From: Candidatus Sumerlaeia bacterium
Lineage (GTDB): Bacteria > Sumerlaeota > Sumerlaeia > SLMS01 > JANRJK01
Reading direction: 5' to 3'
Assembly: GCA_033764015.1 (NCBI GenBank)
Contig: JANRJK010000036.1
Location: 32,001-96,000, forward strand
Length of the DNA: 64,000 bases
The position numbers and the translations under genes were made by a program. The notes beneath the pieces are model-generated. The model was not told where the DNA came from. It saw only the letters and a program-made list of their open reading frames with translations, and ran no database searches. Below are positions 9,317 to 18,127 of the stretch, piece after piece (positions within the stretch are counted from its first letter, which is position 1; every line of letters starts with the position of its first letter).

Positions 9317-9642
9317 CCCGTCGGCGGCTCGTCGTCCGCGAGCGGGTACGCGAGCACACGCTCTGAGTGCCGCGCCCAGACACCCGCGAGCCAGCCGCTC
9401 GCCATCGCCACCGCCGCCAGGATCCCGGCCGTCGCGATCGAATCGAACCCGATGGTGCGGATCAGCACTTCGTGCAGCGTCCACAGCGCAAGCAGCCACG
9501 GCCCGAGGGCGCCGACGCAGAACGCCGCGCGCTGGTGGCGGAGCGCCCCGGAGAAGTACAACGCGAAACCCGCGAGCGGTAGCAGCACCGCCAGCGCGAT
9601 CAGCGCCTTCCACATGAAGCCGATGTCGAGAAGCAGGCTCAC
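9313..9642 (-). CDS. Small membrane protein
   Basis: GTG overlaps the upstream stop (GTGA); three hydrophobic segments. Confidence 0.6.
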   Translation of the reverse strand: MSLLLDIGFMWKALIALAVLLPLAGFALYFSGALRHQRAAFCVGALGPWLLALWTLHEVLIRTIGFDSIATAGILAAVAMASGWLAGVWARHSERVLAYPLADDEPPTG

Positions 9643-9863
9643 CGTGACAGCCTCCGTTCGCGGCGCCGTTCGATCCGCGTCCACACACCGATGATCCATT
9701 GCGCCGCGGCGGTAGCGAGCGCAAAGGCGAGCAGCCACGCGCCCGGCGCCGCCAAGTGGCGCAGAGGGCTTTCCGGGCTCCCCCACCACGCGTAGGAGGC
9801 GAGCGCCAACAGCGCGACCCCCGCGAAGGCCATCAGCCGCCTCGCGAACAGGAAGAGCGCCAC
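9639..9863 (-). CDS. Small membrane protein (start uncertain)
   Basis: Two hydrophobic segments and a basic C-terminus; fills the gap downstream of alr. Confidence 0.45.
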   Translation of the reverse strand: MALFLFARRLMAFAGVALLALASYAWWGSPESPLRHLAAPGAWLLAFALATAAAQWIIGVWTRIERRRERRLSR

Positions 9864-9918
9864 CGCCCAGTCGCCCGCCGTGAAGCCGCGCAGCCCGTGC
9901 GGCTCCGGCGGCGGTCCG

Positions 9919-11097
9919 TCAGGCTTCCGGATAATCCTCGAGATAGATGCGCGGGACGCGCCGCGAGAGGTGGCAGGCCAGTTCATAGGGAATCGTCCCC
10001 GCGATCTCCGCCGCTTCCTCAAGGGAAATGCGCTCGGTGCCTTGCGCGCCGTAGAGGACCACCTCGTCGCCGGGCCGCGCCTCCGGAATGTCCGACAGGT
10101 CCACTAGGATCTGGTCCATGCAGACGCGCCCCAGCACCCGGGCCCGCCGACCGCCCACCAGCACCTGCGCGCGGCTCGACATCGCCCGCGGATAGCCGTC
10201 GCCGTAACCGATCGGCACCAGCCCCACCGGCGTGTCGCGCTCCAGCACGAGCGTGCGCCCGTAGGAGATCGACGACCCCGAGCGGCGCTGGTGCACCGCG
10301 GCTAGCCGCGACGCCAGCTTCAGCACCTGGCGCACCGGCGCGTTCACCATCTTGCCGGTCGAGGGCTCGGCGCCGTACATCAGGATGCCCGGCCGGACCA
10401 GTTCGTAGTGCGCGTGCGCGTGCCGCAGCACGGCCCCGGAATTGGCCGCGTGGTACACGGGGCGGATATCGAGGCGGTAGATGCGCCGCACCGCCGCCTC
10501 GAAGCGCTCGCGCTGCCAGTTCGTGAAGGCGCCGTCCTCCTGCTCCGCGCTTTCGGCGCAGGCGAAGTGCGTGAACACGCCCTCGATGTGCTCGCGGTGC
10601 TGGCGCGCCAGCTCGAACCACGCCGGGCTCTCCGCGTCGAAGCCGTAGCGCCCCATGCCGGTGTCGAGCTTCAGGTGGATGCGCGCGGGGAAGCCGAAGC
10701 GCCGCGCCATGCGCACATGCGCCTGCACCACCTCCGTGGTGCCTCCCGCGACGCTCACCTGCGCCTCCTGCAGCGCGCGCGCGTCCGTCGGGTCCGTCGG
10801 GCCCATCACGAGCACGGGGATCGACTCGAAACCCGCGGTGCCGCGCAGTTCCAGCGCCTCGTCGGCGGTGCCCACGGCGAAGCCCTGCACGCCCCACCGC
10901 AAGCACGCGCGCGCCACCGGCACCATGCCGTGGCCGTAGGCGTCCGCCTTCACCACCGCCAGGATGCCGGTGCGCGGACCAACCGTCCGGCGGATGAAAT
11001 CCAAGTTCTCCCACAACGCCGCGAGATCGATCACGGCGGCGGTCGGGCGCAGCGAAGCGCGTTGTTCCAGAAGCGGCGGGGAGGTGGCGGGGGTCAC
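9919..11097 (-). CDS. alr: Alanine racemase
   Basis: AVVKADAYGHG (PLP lysine), HLKLDTGMGRYG, THFACA, ANSG, VRPGILMYG, GYGDG, GRVCMDQ, TIPYE. Start approximate. Confidence 0.95.
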   Translation of the reverse strand: MTPATSPPLLEQRASLRPTAAVIDLAALWENLDFIRRTVGPRTGILAVVKADAYGHGMVPVARACLRWGVQGFAVGTADEALELRGTAGFESIPVLVMGPTDPTDARALQEAQVSVAGGTTEVVQAHVRMARRFGFPARIHLKLDTGMGRYGFDAESPAWFELARQHREHIEGVFTHFACAESAEQEDGAFTNWQRERFEAAVRRIYRLDIRPVYHAANSGAVLRHAHAHYELVRPGILMYGAEPSTGKMVNAPVRQVLKLASRLAAVHQRRSGSSISYGRTLVLERDTPVGLVPIGYGDGYPRAMSSRAQVLVGGRRARVLGRVCMDQILVDLSDIPEARPGDEVVLYGAQGTERISLEEAAEIAGTIPYELACHLSRRVPRIYLEDYPEA

Positions 11098-11365
11098 TCG
11101 AAGCGGTCGGCCATCGTGGCGGTACCCGCTGTTCGACGCCGCGAAGGCGCACAACAGCAAGAACGAAATCGCAGGCGCGCAACGGCGGGCGATCCCGCCC
11201 CGCGGGACGGCTCCAAGGGGTGGAGGCGGTGCCAGCGGGATCGAGTGGGGCCGGCTCACGACCCGGCTGGCGCGTTTGCGTGGCGCCTTCCACCATCCGC
11301 AACCGCAGCGCCACCAGAATCGAGGCGGAGCGCCCGCACCAATGATTCGGAAGCGCGCTTGGTTG

Positions 11366-12766
11366 CTAGCCCGACACCTTCCGCAGCTCCGTCAGCGGGG
11401 CGAATGTCTTCGAGAAGTGCTTCCCCTTCTTGGTGCGGTAGGTGTCCCACCACTTCGCCTCCATGAGGAGGAAGGTGAGGCCATCGTCCCCCATGGTTTC
11501 GCGCGTCACGCGGATTTCGAACAAAGGCTTGAGCAGTTGCTCCGCGGCGACGACGGCGTCGAGCCCCCAAAGGGCTTCATCGCCTTGAGTGGAGCTGACC
11601 TCCACCGTTTCCGACTTGCCGCCGAAACTCAATTTGAAGCGACTCCCACCCATATGCTCCCACTCGAACGGCTGATCTTCCGGTAGGGCGCCGGTGATCG
11701 CGTCGAAACCCGCGTCGACGCCGTCCTTCCAATCAAGATGGAAGAGCTGCGGGATCGGAAGCACATCGTCGAGGAGTTCTTCCTCTTCCCGCTTCGCGGT
11801 GACCATCTTGAGGATCTCCGCTCCCGTAGGCGGCTTGCGGACGGGCCACTGGGTGAACGGAGCGGTGCGAATTTCCTCGAGGGCGGCTTGGACCTTTTCC
11901 GGTCCCATTACTTCACTTTGCCACGCATCGAAGAACTCGTTGGGGAGCGCGTGGAAATCGTCGGGAGGCGGGACCACGGCCGGATGAAACACCTTGAGGG
12001 CGTCGCAATGCAGGCACCCGGACAAACCCATCCTGCGTCGCACGCAATCCAAGGCGATAACCTCGAACGGGAAGTCCGCTTCGATACCGAAGAACTCTTC
12101 TCTCGTTGACGCAGTTCGTGTTGATTTTGCGATGCGATACTTTACGATAGCTGCGACCAGCGGTTTGATCGGGACATCTAGATTCCACTGTTCAATGACG
12201 GCATGGAATGGAGAGCCTTCGAGCTGCTCCATGAAGGAGCGAGGAACTTCTTTGCCCCGCTCCAGAAAGAACAAGCAATAGAGGAACCACAGGACTGGGG
12301 GTGGTGAAATCACTCCATAACTTCGTTCAATCCGGTCGCATGGAAGTTGGAGGACTCTTAGTATTCCGATTAAATGAGGTGACGCGGGTGGAGGGTAAAC
12401 AGACAACAAAATGGCGATGTGCAACGGGAGGTAGGTCATCTCCACGCGTCCCATTTGCCTTCCCTTCCGGTCGACGCGGAAGGTATCCAATATCTCCGCC
12501 AACCTCATCGACGCAGCACGCTCCAGATACTGCCAGCCCTGCAGCGGAGATTCAGAAAGCATGATTATCCCGAGGATGCAACTCCTGAAACACACTTTCT
12601 GCAAGTACGGACTGGGAGCACAATCGTAATTCAGCGGTCCACGACGCTTCACTGAATTGCAGACGTCGGTCAAGAGGGAGTGGATGAGGGGCGGATGAGT
12701 CGAGAGCACTTCCTTCAAATCCTCATCGCCTGTGAAGAGCTTACTTCCGGGATTGTACTTGGCCAT
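11366..12766 (-). CDS. Hypothetical protein with atypical (lower-GC) composition
   Basis: ATG at 12766 preceded by AAAGGA; long open frame; many A/T-ending codons in the 5' two-thirds. Confidence 0.7.
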   Translation of the reverse strand: MAKYNPGSKLFTGDEDLKEVLSTHPPLIHSLLTDVCNSVKRRGPLNYDCAPSPYLQKVCFRSCILGIIMLSESPLQGWQYLERAASMRLAEILDTFRVDRKGRQMGRVEMTYLPLHIAILLSVYPPPASPHLIGILRVLQLPCDRIERSYGVISPPPVLWFLYCLFFLERGKEVPRSFMEQLEGSPFHAVIEQWNLDVPIKPLVAAIVKYRIAKSTRTASTREEFFGIEADFPFEVIALDCVRRRMGLSGCLHCDALKVFHPAVVPPPDDFHALPNEFFDAWQSEVMGPEKVQAALEEIRTAPFTQWPVRKPPTGAEILKMVTAKREEEELLDDVLPIPQLFHLDWKDGVDAGFDAITGALPEDQPFEWEHMGGSRFKLSFGGKSETVEVSSTQGDEALWGLDAVVAAEQLLKPLFEIRVTRETMGDDGLTFLLMEAKWWDTYRTKKGKHFSKTFAPLTELRKVSG

Positions 12767-13217
12767 TTGTAGTCCTTTCCACTGCCGGGGTTGCGGGACG
12801 GGCTTGGTGAGCCTGCCTTCCACGGGAAGCGGGAGGTCTCCTTCGGAGGGCACTTCCGCTGGCGCCCGCGTCTCGCGCACAATCCAAGCAGCGCACTGAG
12901 GCACCAGACGCCGCCAGCCGCCTGCGCCCCATCTGGATCCCGACCGGCGGGAGCCGTGCCCCGGTCCATACCATTCCAGCGCGCTTGGATTCGCCTCCGT
13001 GCGTTCGCACGACAGTTTCACTCCATGCCTTGGGTACCACTCAGAGCGTTAGCGAACTACAGTCGACGTCCCGCCCGTCAACCGGAATCGGTATTCGAAC
13101 CGCCACCCGCTTGGCTCCCCCGCGGCGACAGCCACCCCCCGTCCTGCGAACCCCCTTGGCTTTCCGCTCCCGTGCCGGTGCAATCGTCGGCGGGACATGG
13201 AGCGCCCCGCACCGACC

Positions 13218-14309
13218 ATGGGTATTGCCGGCACCAGCACCGCGGAGCATTTGCGCCGCCTCACTCAGACGCTCGCGGACGTCGAGAACCAGCTCGCCTC
13301 GCCGGAGGCGGCGGCGAGCCCGAAGCGCTTGGCGGAGCTGGGGCGCCAGCACAACGACCTGCGCGAGACGATCGAGACGGCGCGCTTGCTTGTGTCGGCG
13401 GAGTCGCGGCTGGCGCAGGCGTTGGAGATGCTCGCGAACGAGGGCGACGCGGAGCTGCGCGAGCTGGCGGAGGCGGACCGGGGCGAAGCGGCGGCGGACG
13501 CGGAGCGCCTCACCCGGCGGCTGCAGTCGCGCCTGCTCCCGCCGGACCCGTACGACGGGCGCGGGATCATGCTCGAGATCCGCGCCGGCACCGGCGGCGA
13601 GGAGGCGGCGCTCTTCGCGGCGGACTTGTTCCGCATGTACATGCGCTTCTTCGAGGCGCGCGGGTGGGCGGTCGAACCCGTCTCGCAGACCGACAGCGAA
13701 ATGGGTGGCTTCCGCGAAGTGATCGTGAACATCAAAACCCCCGGCGCGTGGTCCTGGCTCAAGTTCGAGGGCGGCACGCACCGCGTGCAGCGTGTGCCCG
13801 CCACGGAGACTCAAGGGCGCATCCACACGAGCGCCGCCACGGTGGCCGTGCTGCCGGAGGCGGAGGAAACCGATGTCGTCATCAAGGACACGGACCTGCG
13901 CATCGACACGATGACGTCGCAGGGCGCGGGCGGGCAGAGCGTGAACACGACGTACAGCGCCGTGCGCATCGTGCATCTTCCCACGGGCATGATCGTCCAG
14001 TGCCAGGACGAGCGCAGCCAGCTCCGGAACCGGGAGCGGGCGATGCAGGTGCTGCGGGCGCGGCTTATGGAGCGGCAGCTCGAGGCGGACCGCGAGGCGC
14101 GCAGCTCCATGCGCAAGGCGATGGTGGGCTCCGGCGACCGCAGCCAGCGGATCCGCACCTACAACTTCCCGCAGAACCGGGTCACGGACCACCGGATCAA
14201 CCTGACGCTGTACAACCTGGACCGCGTGATCCAGGGACAGGTCGACGAACTGTTCGAGGCGCTGCGCCAATCGGAGACGGAAGAGCGGCTGGCGGAGTTG
14301 TCGAGCTGA
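13218..14309 (+). CDS. prfA: Peptide chain release factor 1
   Basis: [24 protein letters not shown] (PxT, RF1-specific), [25 protein letters not shown]. Alternative start at 13197. Confidence 0.95.
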   Translation: MGIAGTSTAEHLRRLTQTLADVENQLASPEAAASPKRLAELGRQHNDLRETIETARLLVSAESRLAQALEMLANEGDAELRELAEADRGEAAADAERLTRRLQSRLLPPDPYDGRGIMLEIRAGTGGEEAALFAADLFRMYMRFFEARGWAVEPVSQTDSEMGGFREVIVNIKTPGAWSWLKFEGGTHRVQRVPATETQGRIHTSAATVAVLPEAEETDVVIKDTDLRIDTMTSQGAGGQSVNTTYSAVRIVHLPTGMIVQCQDERSQLRNRERAMQVLRARLMERQLEADREARSSMRKAMVGSGDRSQRIRTYNFPQNRVTDHRINLTLYNLDRVIQGQVDELFEALRQSETEERLAELSS

Positions 14310-14321
14310 CGGAAATGGAAA

Positions 14322-14349
14322 GGGGGCGGACGCCTTGGCGCCCGCCCCC
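14322..14349 (-). terminator. Intrinsic terminator hairpin between convergent prfA and redoxin genes
   Basis: GGGGGCGG...CCGCCCCC stem; followed by TTTCCATTT on the minus strand. Confidence 0.55.
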
Positions 14350-14378
14350 GGATTCCGGTGCGACGAGGATGCGCGGCC

Positions 14379-15341
14379 TTAGTTGGCGGCGGCGGTCTTC
14401 GTGGCTTCCTTTTCCTTCTGGGCGTTCTTCGCGGCTTCGGCCCACTTGATGGTGCAGCCGAACGCGCGGGTCTTCGTGACCTCGGGGGTCGAGCCCGCGA
14501 GGATCGAGTTGACGGCGTCCTTGGCGAACGTCTTCTCCGGGGCCTTCTGGCCACCGTCGAACGCGCCGTGGTACTGGATCACGCCGCTGCCGTCGAGGAT
14601 GAACACCTCGGGGGTGCGGGCGGCGCCGAAGGCGAGGGCCGTCATGCTGTCCGCGTCGCGCAGGAGCGTGAACGAGGGGCGCGCGGAGGCGTGCTCCTTG
14701 ATCTCCTCGGTCGAGTTGTTGAAGTTCGAGTCGATGGCGACCACGCGGACGCCCTTGCCCGAGTACTCCTTGGCGAACGCCTGGAAGCGCTCGTCGACTT
14801 CGACGACGTACGGGCAGTTCTGGTTCCAGAAGGTGATGACGGTGGCCTTGGCCTTGCCGTCGAAGAGCGCCTCGTTGGTGCCGGTGACGATGTTCGGAAG
14901 CTCGTGGGAGGGGATCGCCTTGCCGAGCTCGAAGCCGGTGTTGCCGGCCTTGCCGGCGTCCTCGGCGCCGCCCTGCGCGGTCGCGGAGCACTTGCCCTCG
15001 CACTTGCCGCCGTCGCCGCAACCCTTCTTGCCGGCGTCCTCGGCGCCGCCCTGGGCGACGGCCTTGCCGTCGGCCGAGCACGAGGACGCGCAGGCGCCCT
15101 TGGCCGCGTCGTCCGCACCGCCCTGCGCCACCTTGGCGCTGTCGCAGGCGGCCTTCGCGCCGCAGTCGCCCTTGGCCGAATCGTCCGCGCCGCCCTGGGC
15201 GACCTTCTTCGAATCGCACGACGCCGCGGCGCCGCAGTCGCCCTTGGCGACGTCCTTCGAGCCGCAGTCACCCGCAAAGGCGCTGCCGCCGAGCAACATC
15301 AAGCCCGCGACTGCGGCGAGCATCTTTGTGCCAGTGTTCAT
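14379..15341 (-). CDS. Secreted redoxin/thioredoxin-family protein with Cys-rich repeat N-terminal region
   Basis: Signal peptide, then 4x AQGGA[DE]D Cys-rich repeats, then FWNQNCPYV, AIDSN, FGAARTPEVFILD, YHGAFD, AFGCTIKW. Confidence 0.85.
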   Translation of the reverse strand: MNTGTKMLAAVAGLMLLGGSAFAGDCGSKDVAKGDCGAAASCDSKKVAQGGADDSAKGDCGAKAACDSAKVAQGGADDAAKGACASSCSADGKAVAQGGAEDAGKKGCGDGGKCEGKCSATAQGGAEDAGKAGNTGFELGKAIPSHELPNIVTGTNEALFDGKAKATVITFWNQNCPYVVEVDERFQAFAKEYSGKGVRVVAIDSNFNNSTEEIKEHASARPSFTLLRDADSMTALAFGAARTPEVFILDGSGVIQYHGAFDGGQKAPEKTFAKDAVNSILAGSTPEVTKTRAFGCTIKWAEAAKNAQKEKEATKTAAAN

Positions 15342-15520
15342 GGGGGAAATCCTCCGGGGGTTTCTGGCGAGAGAGTGGCCGACGGGGGAATCCCGAGCGG
15401 CGTTGTTATGAGTCTACGCAATTCTGAAGCCCAGTTTCCGGCGCCGGTCAAGGCATGTTGGACTCCGCCGGAGTGGACGCGCGACGGGATGTCGTGGTTT
15501 GCCGCGGTTTTCCGCGGGCG

Positions 15521-16174
15521 TCAGGCGTCCGCGACGGGCAGTTCGATGTCGCCTGCATTGATCCGCGCGAGGAGCACCGCGAGCTGGACGTTCACTAGCC
15601 GCAGCCGCCGAAGGATCGAGGTCGCCTCAAGGATCGATTGGCGCGCGTAGGGGTCGAGCACCAGCACCTGTGCCGCGACGTCGGCGATGATGCCGGGGTG
15701 CAGGTGGGTGTTGAGCATGTTCTGCAGCGAGCGGTTCTTGGGGGCGATGGCGAGGCCGATCGTCTCCGCCAGGCGCACGCACTCCGCCGTGGCGATCGCG
15801 ACGTCGCGCTCCTCGCCGCCGGCGACGAGTTCGTCGAGGAGCGGCGCGAAGCAGACGCGCCGGAAGGAGTCGCCGTTCGGGCGGTCCTCCAGGACCTCGA
15901 TCCGTTCGGCGCCCTCCGCGAGCAGGTTGTAGCGGCCGTCGTCGGTGCGCTCGCTCCAAAGCACCCGCGCCACGGTGGCCACCCGGTGGATTCGCGGCGC
16001 GCCGTAGTAGTCCGCCTCGTAGCCGGGGCGGAGCTGCGCGAGGACGAGCTTCTTCGGGCCGGCCATGACCTCCTCCATCATCTCGCGGTACCGCGGCTCG
16101 AAGATGTGGAGCGGCGCGTGGCAGCGCGGGAACAGGACGAAGTTGGGGAGGGGAAAGAGGGGAAGCGTATCCAT
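15521..16174 (-). CDS. LON peptidase N-terminal substrate-binding domain protein
   Basis: LPLFPLPNFVLFP...PLHIFEPRYREMM and DGRYNLL..G..R; no AAA or protease domain. Confidence 0.9.
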   Translation of the reverse strand: MDTLPLFPLPNFVLFPRCHAPLHIFEPRYREMMEEVMAGPKKLVLAQLRPGYEADYYGAPRIHRVATVARVLWSERTDDGRYNLLAEGAERIEVLEDRPNGDSFRRVCFAPLLDELVAGGEERDVAIATAECVRLAETIGLAIAPKNRSLQNMLNTHLHPGIIADVAAQVLVLDPYARQSILEATSILRRLRLVNVQLAVLLARINAGDIELPVADA

Positions 16175-16674
16175 TCGGTGCCGTGGGGATGGGGCTGCGC
16201 ACTGCGAAGCGCGGTTGTCGTCCTGCGCGCGCCTCCCGTCAAACCGCATTTGCCCGGAAGCGCACGGCGCTCTTGCGGTGCGACAAGCTGGCCAAGGCGC
16301 GGGGGCCACCGGCAAGCCGCCCGGCGGCACGGCTCGCCGCGGCGGTTCGCGGGGCGCTGCGGTCCCCTTATGCGCCACGGGGCATCCGGAGTATGGGGTC
16401 GGATCGTCCCGGTGTGCGGACCTCCGCACGTTGTTCGGGGCACTTCGCCCCACGCCGAAACATCGGCACACAATTGCAAAGAGTGTTGACATTCAAGGCC
16501 TCGGCGCGCGAACCTATCGCACGTTGCAGGCGGGCATCGGCCAGTGTGGGCGGTGGCGTTCAATGCGGAGGTGCTGTATCCCGAAGTCTCATTCGCGCAC
16601 AAGCCCTTTAATATCAGCGAAAAGAAGCCGCCGAGTGCTGGCGTCGCGGAAAAATGAGGGCCGCGAACGCACAC

Positions 16675-16690
16675 TGGCACAAAGAGTGCA
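16675..16690 (+). promoter_or_regulatory. Putative sigma54 (-24/-12) promoter
   Basis: TGGCACAAAGAGTGCA: TGGCAC-N5-(G)TGCA with correct GG-N10-GC spacing. Confidence 0.6.
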
Positions 16691-16700
16691 CAAGAAGGGC

Positions 16701-17021
16701 TCAGAAGGGCGGCCCGATCAGGCTAAACTTTCGGCACCGCCCCGGCACTAACCAAACGCGACGCGAGAAAGGCAGGTCAAACCACCTACACCGAAACCAT
16801 TAGCTCAGTCATGGTGACCGGTTCAAGCCAGGCAGAGGCGGTTCTCCCGGGGGTTAAAATCCCTGGGGCTATCCCACCGGAAGTACTATCCCCGCTCCCG
16901 AAAGGGACAACTTCCCACCGACAGCAAAACCCCTCCACCAACCAGCCCACCACCCAATCCCCTTTGTCTGGTCGGCGCCATTTCTTCAAGGGACCCCCGG
17001 TTCGCCGGGGGTTTCTTGTTT
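16701..17021 (+). ncRNA. Candidate structured non-coding RNA of unknown family
   Basis: No credible ORF; series of stem-loops; flanked by a sigma54-like promoter and a plus-strand terminator while both neighbouring genes are on the minus strand. Confidence 0.55.
16993..17021 (+). terminator. Intrinsic terminator
   Basis: ACCCCCGG-TTCG-CCGGGGGT hairpin followed by TTCTTGTTT. Confidence 0.8.
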
Positions 17022-17915
17022 CTAGGCCCTCCGCCGCGTCTTCCGCCAGCCTTCCAGCCGCCCCAGCAGGATCCCCGTGAGCCACACCGCGTCATAGAGC
17101 GGCGTTCGGCGCTCGGGCCCGTTCGGCGCCGCGAGGGCGATCCACGGTCCCGCGAAGGGAAGCGCCGCGAGCCAACGGATCGCTTGCCAGTCGGGTGGGA
17201 ATCCGCCGGGGACCTTGGCGCGGTGCTTCGCGTACAGCTGGTAGCCGCCGCGGCCGTAGTCGCGGGCTTGGCGGAAGAAACCGCGGAAGGTGTCGCGGTG
17301 GCGGTGCTTCACGACCGCCTCCGGCACATACACCATGCGGCCCCCGCCTTCCATCACGCGCCAGCAAAGATCAGCGTCCTCAGGGGTCCACAGCTCCTCG
17401 TCGAACCCGCCCACGCGTTCCAGGTCCGCCCGCCGGTAGGCGGCGTTCGCCGTCGCGAAGAATGGCGGAAAGGGATCGCGGGCTCCGAAGAACACCTCGT
17501 TGTCGAGCAGCCGACGGGTCGCCACATACCACGCGACCCCGCTCTCCGTACGCAACGTATCGATCCTTCCGCCGACCGCGCGCACGTCGGGATCGGCGAA
17601 CGGCGCCACGAGGGCAGCAAGCCAGCCGGGGTCCGGCACGCAATCGCTGTCGGTGAAGGCGACCAGTTCGCCGCGCGCGCCGCGGATGCCGGCGTTGCGC
17701 GCGGCGGCGGGGCCGCGGCGCGCGCAATCGACAAGTCGCGCGCTCTCGACCGCCGCCAACGCCTCGCGGGTGCCGTCCGTCGAGCCATTGTCCACCACGA
17801 CGACTTCGGCACCGGGGATCGCGCGGGCTTCGCGGAGGACAGCCTCGAGGCAGCGCGGCACGTCCGCGACGCGGTTGTGGAACGGAACGACGACGGAGAC
17901 GGGCGGAGCGGTCAC
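17022..17915 (-). CDS. Glycosyltransferase family 2
   Basis: VSVVVP, VVDNGSTDGT, GPAAARNAG, FTDSDC, ANAAYRR, GGFDE, EDADLCWR. Confidence 0.9.
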   Translation of the reverse strand: MTAPPVSVVVPFHNRVADVPRCLEAVLREARAIPGAEVVVVDNGSTDGTREALAAVESARLVDCARRGPAAARNAGIRGARGELVAFTDSDCVPDPGWLAALVAPFADPDVRAVGGRIDTLRTESGVAWYVATRRLLDNEVFFGARDPFPPFFATANAAYRRADLERVGGFDEELWTPEDADLCWRVMEGGGRMVYVPEAVVKHRHRDTFRGFFRQARDYGRGGYQLYAKHRAKVPGGFPPDWQAIRWLAALPFAGPWIALAAPNGPERRTPLYDAVWLTGILLGRLEGWRKTRRRA

Positions 17916-18127
17916 GCGTCGCGCCGGCCCATGCGCTGGTCGCGCGCGATGAGGAGGCGCACGACGATTACTGTCGCGGCCCCGACCAGTAGCGCCAGCG
18001 GGAGCAGCAGGAGGTGCAACCCAACGAGGACTCCGGCAAGGACCGGGCCTCCACCTCCGAGACGCGCGCGGCGGCGGGGCCAAAGCGCGCCCGGCGCCAC
18101 GTCGAAGGCGCGCGGCCCCTCCATCAT
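17912..18127 (-). CDS. Small membrane protein
   Basis: 71 aa with one long hydrophobic stretch; start and stop overlap both GT2 genes. Confidence 0.55.
   Translation of the reverse strand: MMEGPRAFDVAPGALWPRRRARLGGGGPVLAGVLVGLHLLLLPLALLVGAATVIVVRLLIARDQRMGRRDA

Noticed and set aside
16486..16514. Perfect TTGACA as a sigma70 promoter
   Set aside because: No acceptable -10 hexamer at 16-18 nt spacing.
16796..16940. tRNA or tmRNA suggested by TAGCTCAG, GGTTCAAG and CTCCACCA
   Set aside because: No acceptor stem, anticodon arm or tag reading frame can be built. Kept only as part of the unknown ncRNA candidate.
16811..17080. 89-aa plus-strand ORF in the ncRNA region
   Set aside because: No SD, non-host codon usage, and it runs through the terminator into the opposing GT2 gene.
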